Shown here in pieces: positions 42,102 to 51,015 of a stretch of 64,000 nucleotides of DNA. The translations under genes were made by a program, and so were the position numbers. The stretch spans positions 1 to 64,000 of the forward strand of contig JAVKJW010000010.1 of assembly GCA_031458695.1 (NCBI GenBank). Direction: 5' to 3'. The notes under the pieces are model-generated. The model was not told where the DNA came from. It saw only the letters and a program-made list of their open reading frames with translations, and made no database searches. Source of the stretch: Candidatus Thermofontivivens primus (GTDB lineage Bacteria > Sysuimicrobiota > Sysuimicrobiia > Sysuimicrobiales > Thermofontiviventaceae). The number at the start of each line of letters is the position of its first letter. Position 1 is the first letter of the stretch.

Positions 42102-43076
42102 ATGACCACACGTGCCAAATCCCTTGAGCCGGAGAGAGCCCTAGTGAGGGGCCCCATAAACGACCTGCCCTCTGTAGCTGGCACTGAGGAGATTGTGGAG
42201 AACGAGGAAGCATCTCCCCCTCCCGACTCCTCTGAAGAATCGGGAGAGGATCTCGATCTCGTCCGCCTCTACCTCCAAGATATTGGCCGGGTCCCCCTGC
42301 TCTCCCGAGAAGAGGAGATCGCCCTCGCCCAACGTGCGGAGGCAGGCGACCTGGAGGCCCGGAAGCGGCTCGTGGAAGCGAACCTCCGTCTCGTGGTGAG
42401 CATCGCGAAACGGTATGGCGGCAGGGGGCTCAGCCTTGGAGATCTCATCCAAGAGGGGACCCTCGGTCTCATCCATGCGGTAAAGAAGTTTGACTGGCGC
42501 AGGGGAGTACGGTTCAGCACGTACGCCACCTGGTGGATCCGGCAGGCTGTGGCGCGCGCGGTGATCGATCAGGGGAGGACCATTCGCCTACCCCTGTACA
42601 CCACCGACATTGTACGGCGCATCCATCGCCTTTCGGACCAGCTAAGCCAGAAGCTCGGGAGGGAGCCCTCTTTGGAGGAGATCGCGAGGGAGAGCGGGCT
42701 CTCGAAGAAGGACGTGGAAAACCTGCGGATGATGAGCCAGGAACCACTCTCCCTGGATGCGCCAATCGAGGGGAACGAACCAGATCCCTTGGGAAACCTC
42801 CTGAGCGACATCCGCGCTGTAAACCCCGAAGACCAGGCAACCGACTGGGCCCTCAAGGAGGAAGTACGCAGGCTCCTCTCTGAGCTGACCCCCAGAGAAC
42901 GGAAGATTTTAGAGCTCCGATTTGGGCTCGATGACGGCGTGGCCCACTCCCTTGAGGAAATCGGCAGAAAGTTTGGAGTTACCCGAGAGCGGGTCCGCCA
43001 GATCGAGGCGCAGGCGATTCGCAAACTCCGGCACCGAGCACGGGCGAGCAGGCTCAGTGCATGGCTAGCCTCCTAA
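42102..43076 (+). CDS. RpoD/RpoS-family sigma-70 factor, probably a non-primary group-2 type
   Basis: Region 1.2 [29 protein letters not shown], 4.2 [10 protein letters not shown]. Short N-terminus without region 1.1. Confidence 0.9.
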   Translation: MTTRAKSLEPERALVRGPINDLPSVAGTEEIVENEEASPPPDSSEESGEDLDLVRLYLQDIGRVPLLSREEEIALAQRAEAGDLEARKRLVEANLRLVVSIAKRYGGRGLSLGDLIQEGTLGLIHAVKKFDWRRGVRFSTYATWWIRQAVARAVIDQGRTIRLPLYTTDIVRRIHRLSDQLSQKLGREPSLEEIARESGLSKKDVENLRMMSQEPLSLDAPIEGNEPDPLGNLLSDIRAVNPEDQATDWALKEEVRRLLSELTPRERKILELRFGLDDGVAHSLEEIGRKFGVTRERVRQIEAQAIRKLRHRARASRLSAWLAS

Positions 43077-43137
43077 TTGCAGGTTCCAGGTTTTCAGGTT
43101 GCAAGTTATTCAGAATTCCATTGAACGTGGAACCTGT

Positions 43138-43911
43138 TTACACCGCACTCATCCCACCATCCACGCAAAGGACCTGGCCTGTAATGTAACTCGCCGCCTC
43201 CGAAGCGAGGAAGACAGCAACTCCCTTGAGCTCCCCTTCCCTGCCTACCCGCCCCATAGGGATCCGGCGCGTCAGCTCTTCCCCGGCACGTGCAATGACT
43301 GCGCTGGACATCCGTGTGGGGAAGAACCCTGGGGCGATGGCGTTTACAGTAATCCCGTACCGGGCCCATTTCACAGCCAGATCCCTGGTGAGCGCGATGA
43401 TCGCGCCCTTGCTGGCGGAATACCCGACCGCATCCAGGATTTCTGGAGGTGTCCCCAGAAGCCCAGCAACAGAGGCAATGTTGATAATCCTCCCGTACCC
43501 CTGGGAGATCATCACCTTCGATGCAGCCTGGCAGGCCAGAAACGTTCCTGTGGCATTGGCTTCCATCACCTCCCGCCAGCGTTCAAGAGGCATCTCCACA
43601 GCGGGTTGACCCCAGCTTCTTCCAGCGGCGTTGACCAGGATATCCAGCCGGCCGAAGTGGTCCATGGTCTTGGCAATGATTCCCTCCACCTGTTCGGGAC
43701 GGCTGACATCACAAGGGATCACGAGGGTTTCAATCCCAAGCTCCCGGAGGTGCTCTCCCGCTGGCTGCAGCCACTCCTCCCGCCTCGCGCAGATCACCAC
43801 CTTTGCTCCTGCTTCCCCAAGCCCTTCCGCGATCTCCAGCCCAAGCCCCCGAGATCCCCCGGTGACCAGGGCAACCCTCCCTGTAAGGTCGAACAACCTG
43901 TGGACATGCAT
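43138..43911 (-). CDS. Short-chain dehydrogenase/reductase (gluconate 5-DH-like)
   Basis: Motifs TGGSRGLG, YSASKG, NAIAPG. Confidence 0.92.
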   Translation of the reverse strand: MHVHRLFDLTGRVALVTGGSRGLGLEIAEGLGEAGAKVVICARREEWLQPAGEHLRELGIETLVIPCDVSRPEQVEGIIAKTMDHFGRLDILVNAAGRSWGQPAVEMPLERWREVMEANATGTFLACQAASKVMISQGYGRIINIASVAGLLGTPPEILDAVGYSASKGAIIALTRDLAVKWARYGITVNAIAPGFFPTRMSSAVIARAGEELTRRIPMGRVGREGELKGVAVFLASEAASYITGQVLCVDGGMSAV

Positions 43912-44025
43912 CGTTAACCTCCTTGCAGACGAGAATGCCTAGGAAAGTCGTCCTCGCGCGCAGGAGAAACCGCCCCCGCTGCAGAAAATATTCTCCCTGG
44001 GGACCTCCATACCTCGCATGGAGCC

Positions 44026-45879
44026 ATGGCAATCCTCCAGACCAGAGCTACAGTAGAGCAGACCGTGCCGGGGATGTTCTTCTCCCAGGCAGCGCGTCAA
44101 GGAAACCGGACTGCCCTCCGTTATAAGAGGTACGGCATCTGGCACCGGATTACCTGGGAGGAGTACGCCCGGAGGGTTCGGTTCGTTGCCAACGGCCTCC
44201 TCTCCCTTGGGTTAGAGCGAGGGGAGCGCGTTGGGCTCATTGGGGAGAATAGGCCGGAGTGGGTCATCTGCGATCTAGGGATCCAGGCTGCCGGGGGGAT
44301 CACCACAGCCATCTACACAACGAGCAGCCCGGAACAGGTTGCCTACATCCTCGGGCACAGCGAGGCCCGGCTCTTTATTGTGGAAAACGAGGAACAGCTC
44401 GACAAGGCCCTAGTGGTCCGAGGACATCTCCCCCGGCTCGAGCGCATCATTGTGATGGACCGGGAGGGATTGCGGGGGTTCATAGATCCTCAGGTGATGT
44501 TCCTGGATGAGCTCATGGAACTCGGTGAGCAATTCCAGACCGCCCACCCCCACCTCCTTGAGGAGAGGCTTCGAGAAATCGACCCAGAGGATGTCGCGGT
44601 CTTGATCTACACCTCCGGGACCACAGGCCCTCCCAAGGGAGTCATGCTCACCCACCACAACATCCTTTGGACCACCGAGGCCCTGGCCAAGGCAAACCCT
44701 GTCTATCCGACCGACGAGGTCCTCTCCTTCCTTCCCCTCTCCCATATCGCTGAACGCCAGCTCTCCGTCTTCCTTCCCGTTCGCTGGGGCTATACGGTGA
44801 ACTTCTGCGAGAACTTGGACACTGTCCTACAGAACCTCCGGGAAGTCTCCCCCACGGTGATCTTCGCTGTCCCGAGGATCTGGGAAAAGATCTACTCAGG
44901 TGTGGAGCTCCACATGCAGGAGGCCGACTTCGCCAAGCGGATGGCATACCGATGGGCTGTGCGCATTGGGCGGCGCTACGCCGAGGCCAAGCTCTCCCAA
45001 TCCCCGCCAGATGCCAAACATGTTGGAAGGTGGAAGGTGCCTTGGTGGCTCCGTGCGCTGTACTTCTTGGCCCACACCTTTGTCCTCCTCCCTCTCAAGC
45101 GCAAGCTTGGGCTTGACCGCGCCCGGCTGGTACTTTCCGGTGCCGCTCCCATCGCCCCCGATATCCTCTGGTACTTCTGGTCCATTGGCGTACCCATCCG
45201 GGAGGTCTACGGCCAAACGGAGGGGAGCGGTCCGACGACCATCCACCAAGGGGAAGACATTAAACTGGGGACGGTTGGCAAGCCGCTTCCTGGGGTCGAA
45301 GTACGCATCGCTGAGGACGGGGAGATTCTCGTCCGTGGTCCGAACGTGTTCAAGGGATACTTCAAAGACCCCGACGCTACTGCTTCCACCCTCCGTGACG
45401 GCTGGCTCCACTCCGGAGACGTAGGAGTCCTCGATGAGGAGGGCTATCTTCGGATCACAGATCGGAAGAAGGACCTGTTCATTACCTCGGGAGGAAAGAA
45501 CATCGCCCCTCAGTACATTGAAAACAAGCTCAAGTTTAGTCCCTACATCCATGACGCAGTGGTCGTGGGGGATGGACGCCGCTACCTCGTCGCGCTCATC
45601 GTGATCGACGAAGAGAACGTGACAAAGTGGGCCCAGGACCGGCGCATCCCCTTCACCACGTACTCCGACCTCGCCGGGAACCCGGAGGTCTATAAGCTCA
45701 TCTCCGCAGAGGTCGAAGCGGTCAACCGTACCCTGTCGAGCCCCGAACAGGTGAAGAAGTTCGCCATCCTCCCCCGCCGCCTTTACGAGGAAGAAGGGGA
45801 GATTACCCCCACTCTGAAAGTCAAGCGGAAAGCGATCATGGAGAAGTACCGAGACCTCATCGAGAGTTTGTACCGCTAG
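44026..45879 (+). CDS. Long-chain fatty acid-CoA ligase (AMP-binding)
   Basis: Motifs YTSGTTGPPKG, YGQTE, SGD.G, DRKKD, TPTLK. Confidence 0.92.
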   Translation: MAILQTRATVEQTVPGMFFSQAARQGNRTALRYKRYGIWHRITWEEYARRVRFVANGLLSLGLERGERVGLIGENRPEWVICDLGIQAAGGITTAIYTTSSPEQVAYILGHSEARLFIVENEEQLDKALVVRGHLPRLERIIVMDREGLRGFIDPQVMFLDELMELGEQFQTAHPHLLEERLREIDPEDVAVLIYTSGTTGPPKGVMLTHHNILWTTEALAKANPVYPTDEVLSFLPLSHIAERQLSVFLPVRWGYTVNFCENLDTVLQNLREVSPTVIFAVPRIWEKIYSGVELHMQEADFAKRMAYRWAVRIGRRYAEAKLSQSPPDAKHVGRWKVPWWLRALYFLAHTFVLLPLKRKLGLDRARLVLSGAAPIAPDILWYFWSIGVPIREVYGQTEGSGPTTIHQGEDIKLGTVGKPLPGVEVRIAEDGEILVRGPNVFKGYFKDPDATASTLRDGWLHSGDVGVLDEEGYLRITDRKKDLFITSGGKNIAPQYIENKLKFSPYIHDAVVVGDGRRYLVALIVIDEENVTKWAQDRRIPFTTYSDLAGNPEVYKLISAEVEAVNRTLSSPEQVKKFAILPRRLYEEEGEITPTLKVKRKAIMEKYRDLIESLYR

Positions 45880-45970
45880 AAGTTCACAGGTTGGCGGGTT
45901 TGCACGTTGGCTGGTTTTGTGAAAGTGAAAGAAACCTGCACCATGCCGGCTTGGGATCTCCTCTCCATAG

Positions 45971-46750
45971 TCATGCCCATCTGCGACGTACTTTGTAGCG
46001 GCGATAGCCTTTGATCGAGACCTCTCGATGGACTCCCAGGTAGAGCTCCTGGACGTTGGGGTTTTCCCGCAGTTCCTCCGTCCTCCCCTCAAGGACGATA
46101 CGCCCCGTCTCCATCACGTATCCGTAGTGCGCCAGGTTCAGAGCGAGACGGGCGTTCTGCTCCACCAGGAGGATCGTGGTACCCTCCCTGTGGACCTCCT
46201 CGATGATCCGAAAGATCTCCCGAACGACCAGTGGGGCGAGACCCAGCGATGGCTCATCCAGCATGAGGAGCTTAGGGCGCATGAGCAAGGCTCGAGCGAT
46301 GGCGAGCATCTGCTGTTCGCCTCCGGAGAGGGTCCCGGCAAGCTGGCGAGAGCGTTCGCGCAACACAGGGAACTTCCCGTAGACCCGATCCAGATCCTCC
46401 TGGATTGCTCGGGTATCGTTGCGCGCATAAGCTCCCAGCAAGAGGTTCTCCCGGACTGTCAGCTCGGGGAAGATCCCCCGCCCCTCGGGAACGTAGGCGA
46501 GCCCAAGGCGGGCGATGTCCTCAGGGTCCCATCCATTGATACGGCGTCCCAGGAATTCCACTGTCCCCTTCTGTGGCTGATTGGGGATCATACCCATAAT
46601 CGTGCGGAGCAGCGTTGTCTTTCCTGCGCCATTGCTCCCCAACAGCGCCACGATCTGTCCCTCGGCTACCTCGAGGGAGACGCCGCGTAATACAAGCAGG
46701 CGGCCATAATAGGCGGTCTCCACATTGGAAACGCGTAACAAAACAGTCAC
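45971..46750 (-). CDS. LivF-like ABC ATP-binding protein
   Basis: Motifs GSNGAGKT, LSGGEQQM, DEPSLGLAP. Confidence 0.93.
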   Translation of the reverse strand: MTVLLRVSNVETAYYGRLLVLRGVSLEVAEGQIVALLGSNGAGKTTLLRTIMGMIPNQPQKGTVEFLGRRINGWDPEDIARLGLAYVPEGRGIFPELTVRENLLLGAYARNDTRAIQEDLDRVYGKFPVLRERSRQLAGTLSGGEQQMLAIARALLMRPKLLMLDEPSLGLAPLVVREIFRIIEEVHREGTTILLVEQNARLALNLAHYGYVMETGRIVLEGRTEELRENPNVQELYLGVHREVSIKGYRRYKVRRRWA

Positions 46751-47523
46751 GAGAGGCTCTCCTCCCCCAGGTAGGCCCGAATCACATCAGGATGCTGCTG
46801 GACCTCCGCAGGAGTTCCCTCTGCAATCACCTGACCGTGATCCAGAACAATGACCCGCTGGGCGATCCCCATGACCAGCTTCAGGTCGTGCTCAACGAGC
46901 ACGATGGTGATCCCTAGTTCCTCCAGGATGTCTTTGATTCGGAATACCAGGTCCTCCTTTTCCTCTGCGGTCATCCCAGAGGAGGGCTCATCCAGGAGCA
47001 GGAGCTTAGGCTCCAGGGCAAGGGCACGCCCCAGCTCCACAAGTTTCTGTTGACCGATGGGCAGGTCGGCAACCCTCCGGTGGCGTGCCGCCTGAAGGTC
47101 GAGGAAGTCCAGGATCTCCTCTGCCCGAGCACGGTGTCGTACCTCCTCCCGCCACCAGCGGGATGTTGCCAGGGCAGCATCCCAGAAGCCCACACGCATG
47201 TGAATATGCCGGGCTAGGAGAATGTTGTCGAGTGCGGTCATGTTTCGGAAGAGCTCGATATTCTGGAATGTCCTGCTGATCCCTAGCCGAGCGATGGCGT
47301 CAGGCCGGAGCCCCCTCAGGTCATGGCCGGCAAAGCGCATCTCTCCCCTGTCCGGCCGGTAGATCCCGCAGAGACAGTTGAAGAGGGTGGTCTTCCCTGC
47401 CCCATTCGGGCCGATGAGGGCAACCAGCTCTCCCTCTTCCACCGTGAGGTCTACGCCGGCGAGCGCTGCGATCCCGCCAAACCGGATGGTAAGATCTTTG
47501 ACCTCCAGCAGGCTCTGGCCCAT
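46747..47523 (-). CDS. LivG-like ABC ATP-binding protein
   Basis: Motifs GPNGAGKTT, RTFQ, VEHD, AYLG. Confidence 0.93.
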   Translation of the reverse strand: MGQSLLEVKDLTIRFGGIAALAGVDLTVEEGELVALIGPNGAGKTTLFNCLCGIYRPDRGEMRFAGHDLRGLRPDAIARLGISRTFQNIELFRNMTALDNILLARHIHMRVGFWDAALATSRWWREEVRHRARAEEILDFLDLQAARHRRVADLPIGQQKLVELGRALALEPKLLLLDEPSSGMTAEEKEDLVFRIKDILEELGITIVLVEHDLKLVMGIAQRVIVLDHGQVIAEGTPAEVQQHPDVIRAYLGEESLS

Positions 47524-47696
47524 ACCACACGCCACTTACACCATTGCCGTCGCGGGGCGAGCCCTTCACCTCGAGCAGGGCAACCCCGCTGACTCAGGTA
47601 GACTCCAAGATGGAATCCCTCTAAGCCCTCACAGCTCGTTCCGATGATCCCTGACTCTCAAAAGACCCCGGCGAACCTCTGGACTTCTCTGGGCAG

Positions 47697-48887
47697 TTAA
47701 AACTCCACGGGATACTCGATCCAATCCGTCAGCTTCGTATACCTTCCCTTCTCTGCCCGGACGATGTAGATCCGGTTGATTCCCTGCCGTCGATCCGGAC
47801 CGAAAGTTACCCCCCGGATGACCTGCCCATCCCAGTTGCGGATGGTCTCCATGGCAGAGATGAACCGCTCCGTGGTAAGGTCACGTCCCGCGCGCCGTAG
47901 CCCCTCCAAAAACGGCTCCAGGAACGCTACCCCAGCGACAGAGTTGAAGGGGTTCGCCCTGAGCGTAGGGTCGTACTTAAACAAGATCTGGAGCGTCTCA
48001 TCGACCTTCGGGTCGGTGCCAGGGAGGGGGAAGAAAGCGGTCAGGTAGACATCATCCCAGGCCTCACCGGCGAGGGTAAACATGATCGGATCGGTGAGGG
48101 TGAAGCTCGCGAGGAGCCGGGGACGGTAGCCAATCTTGGCCATCTCCCGGACGATGAGCGCACCATGTCGAGGAGTCGCATACAGGATCACTGCATCTGC
48201 CCCGGACCCACGGAGTTTGAGGGCATGGCTGCTCAGATCGGTGACGACCAGCTCGTAAGGCACCGCGGAAACAAGCTTGACCGCTCCTTTCAACGCATTG
48301 ACGGCGCGTTTGACCCCGAGGAGGCCTTTCTGCCCATAGAGGTCGTTCTGGTAAAAGACCGCCACCTTCTTCACACCAAGCTTCTCAGCAGCATAGCGTG
48401 TCAGAATCGTGGCCTCATGGACATAGCTGGGGTAGGTCACGAAGAGGTACCGCTTCTGCCGGAAGCCTGCCCAGATGCTGGAGTCCGCCGTGGGGGTGAT
48501 CCAAATCACCCTGTTCTGAACGATATAATCACGGACAGCAAAAGCATTGGCTGTCCCGATCAACCCGACGATGGCAAAGACGCCTGCTCGCTCCACGAGC
48601 TCCCGCACATTGGCAACTGCCCTCGGCGGGAGGTAGCTATCGTCCCGCAAAATGAAAGTGAGTTTCCGGCCGTGGATTCCCCCTTGGTCGTTCAGGTATT
48701 TGACGTATGCGTCGATGCCCTTCCCCACGGCACCCCAGTAAGCTGCTGGTCCTGAAAGGGGCATGGAGGAACCTAGGACAACCTCTGTAGGGGTGATCCC
48801 GCGCTCCTGTGCCCCGATAAGAGGAGTACTCAGGACCACGAGTCCTGCGACTGCGAGGACCAGACCCTTCCACCTCAACCGTCCCAT
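47697..48887 (-). CDS. LIV-type ABC substrate-binding protein
   Basis: Signal peptide. Motifs PLSGPAA, GGIHGRK...DD.Y.P, YQNDLYG. Confidence 0.92.
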   Translation of the reverse strand: MGRLRWKGLVLAVAGLVVLSTPLIGAQERGITPTEVVLGSSMPLSGPAAYWGAVGKGIDAYVKYLNDQGGIHGRKLTFILRDDSYLPPRAVANVRELVERAGVFAIVGLIGTANAFAVRDYIVQNRVIWITPTADSSIWAGFRQKRYLFVTYPSYVHEATILTRYAAEKLGVKKVAVFYQNDLYGQKGLLGVKRAVNALKGAVKLVSAVPYELVVTDLSSHALKLRGSGADAVILYATPRHGALIVREMAKIGYRPRLLASFTLTDPIMFTLAGEAWDDVYLTAFFPLPGTDPKVDETLQILFKYDPTLRANPFNSVAGVAFLEPFLEGLRRAGRDLTTERFISAMETIRNWDGQVIRGVTFGPDRRQGINRIYIVRAEKGRYTKLTDWIEYPVEF

Positions 48888-48899
48888 CTTCTCACCTCC

Positions 48900-49781
48900 T
48901 CATACGCGTTTTTTGTATTCCCTCCCGAGCAGCCCTTCAGGACGGACGGTAAGCACTAGGACAATGATCGCGAAGGCCAGGGTTGCCTTGAAGGCCACAG
49001 AGACGAACCCACCAAAAAGGCTTTCAATCACCCCAAGCACAAGCCCTCCCACGACGGCTCCTGGAGGGCTATCCATTCCCCCGAGGACTGCGGCGGCAAA
49101 CCCTTTGAGGAAAGGGTCGAGCATCATGAAAGGGTCAAGGAGTGTGACCGGAGCAAGGAGGATCCCCGCAGAGGCGCCAAGGGCAGAGGCAACCCCCCAG
49201 GCAAGGGCCAAAACCCGGCGGGTAGGGATCCCAAGAGCCTGGGCAGCGAGAGGATTCTGAGAGACCGCGCGCATGGCTAGCCCGACTTTGGTCCACTGGA
49301 CGAGGAGGTAGAGCAGGACCATGAGGAAGAATCCCATGATGAGGCTCCCCAGGCTGAGCTGGCTGATCACAATCCCCCCGAGATGGTATACCTTTGTCTC
49401 CGAGAGAAGCGAAGGGAACACCTTGGTGTCAGCCCCCCACACAACCACCACAGCCCCGTTGAGCACAAGGGCAAACCCCAGGGTCATCACGATCTGCCCC
49501 AAGAGCGTAGCCTCCTTTGCGCGCCGGAGGATAAGGGAGTAGAAACCTGCTCCAAGGAGTCCTGTCGTAGCGAGTGTGAGGAGGTAAGCCAGGAGTGGAG
49601 CAACCCCAAGGCGGGTGATCAGGGTGAATGCGAGAAACGTCCCAAAGGTCGCAATATCCCCGTGGGCGAAGTTGAGGATCCGGGATGTCCGGTAGAGGAT
49701 CACAATACCTAGGGCCACCAGGACGTAGAGGCTCCCTGTGGCCAGTCCATTGAGGGCATACTGCAAAGCTAGAACGGCCAT
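48900..49781 (-). CDS. LivH-like ABC permease
   Basis: Motifs NFAHG, GLAMRA, AAVLGG, RPEGL. Confidence 0.93.
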   Translation of the reverse strand: MAVLALQYALNGLATGSLYVLVALGIVILYRTSRILNFAHGDIATFGTFLAFTLITRLGVAPLLAYLLTLATTGLLGAGFYSLILRRAKEATLLGQIVMTLGFALVLNGAVVVVWGADTKVFPSLLSETKVYHLGGIVISQLSLGSLIMGFFLMVLLYLLVQWTKVGLAMRAVSQNPLAAQALGIPTRRVLALAWGVASALGASAGILLAPVTLLDPFMMLDPFLKGFAAAVLGGMDSPPGAVVGGLVLGVIESLFGGFVSVAFKATLAFAIIVLVLTVRPEGLLGREYKKRV

Positions 49782-50752
49782 GTCTTCAACCACCACTTGA
49801 TCCGTAGCCAGCGCCCGTAAAGGCCCCAGGGCTCTACGGCCATGATGAAGATGATGGTACCTCCGTAGACAATGGGGAGCCACTCCCGGAGCCCGGAGAG
49901 TACCTGGGGTAAGATCGTCATCAGGACAGCGCCCAGGATGGAGCCCGGGATCGTCCCAAGCCCTCCCACCACGATCATGCTGAAGTAATAAATAGATTCG
50001 AACAGGGTGAACATCTGAGGTTCGATGTAACCCAGAAGATGTCCCTGGAGGGCACCAGCGACCCCTGCATAGAAAGCGCTGAGCCCAAAGGCCAGGGTCT
50101 TGTAGACCATCAGGTTGACCCCCATGACCTCCGCGGCAACATCGCTATCCCGGATGGCCACGAACGCCCGGCCAATGTGGGAACGAACAAGGTTGTAGGC
50201 AATCCACGTGAGGACACCCGTTGTCCCTACGGCCAAGTAGTAGAGGGCTGCTTCTGAAGCCAGGGTCCACGGCCCTATGGATGGTTTGGGAATAAAAAGC
50301 CCCATCCTTCCTCCTGAAAGACCTTCCCAGTTGGTCAGCACTTGATGCACAGCGATCCCAAACCCCAAGGTTGCAATCGTGAGGTAGGGCCCAGTGAGTC
50401 GCAGCACGGGGAGGCCAAGGAGAAACCCAAAGAACGCTGCGGAGAAGCCAGAAAGGAGAAAGGCAAAGGGGAAAGGAACCCCTACCCTTACCATCAAAAG
50501 ACCAGCGGTATACGCTCCAATGGCCACAAACCCAGCATGACCCAGGGAGATCTGTCCAGTATACCCCGTTAACAGGTTCAGGCCGATGGCGACCAGGATA
50601 TGAATCGCCATCAGCGTGACGATATACACAAGGTAGCGCGGCGCGAGGAGGGGGAATAAGACGAGAACAGCCAGAGCCACCAATAACCCCAGCCAGGCGG
50701 GAAGTCCCAGGACCAGGGCGAGATCCTCTTCATACCGCTCCCGCAGCTCCAC
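49769..50752 (-). CDS. LivM-like ABC permease
   Basis: Motifs GQISLGH, YLTIATL, AIRD, VGGLG. Confidence 0.93.
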   Translation of the reverse strand: MELRERYEEDLALVLGLPAWLGLLVALAVLVLFPLLAPRYLVYIVTLMAIHILVAIGLNLLTGYTGQISLGHAGFVAIGAYTAGLLMVRVGVPFPFAFLLSGFSAAFFGFLLGLPVLRLTGPYLTIATLGFGIAVHQVLTNWEGLSGGRMGLFIPKPSIGPWTLASEAALYYLAVGTTGVLTWIAYNLVRSHIGRAFVAIRDSDVAAEVMGVNLMVYKTLAFGLSAFYAGVAGALQGHLLGYIEPQMFTLFESIYYFSMIVVGGLGTIPGSILGAVLMTILPQVLSGLREWLPIVYGGTIIFIMAVEPWGLYGRWLRIKWWLKTWPF

Positions 50753-50927
50753 CCCTCACTCTCCTCCTGAGGTAAGGTTTGGGATATCACGCCTTGCTGG
50801 AGGTCTCGAAGTATTCAAGATTCGGCACGTTCGCCGATCCTCCCTTTCTCGGAGGCACGCGTCCATAGTTAAGTGAGATGTCTGTGCTATATTGGAAAGT
50901 GAGAGCTTGCGGAATGGAGCGTCCCTC

Positions 50928-50956
50928 TTCACAAGAGGGGGGAATTCTTCTATAGT
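50928..50956 (+). promoter_or_regulatory. Putative sigma-70 promoter of korAB
   Basis: TTCACA-17 bp-TATAGT. The -35 sits inside inverted repeat CCCTCTT-CAC-AAGAGGG. Confidence 0.55.
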
Positions 50957-51015
50957 AGGACGAGGGCTTGAGGAAGTCCTAACAGCCGGGTGAGAGGGCG
51001 TAGGAGGCAGATACA

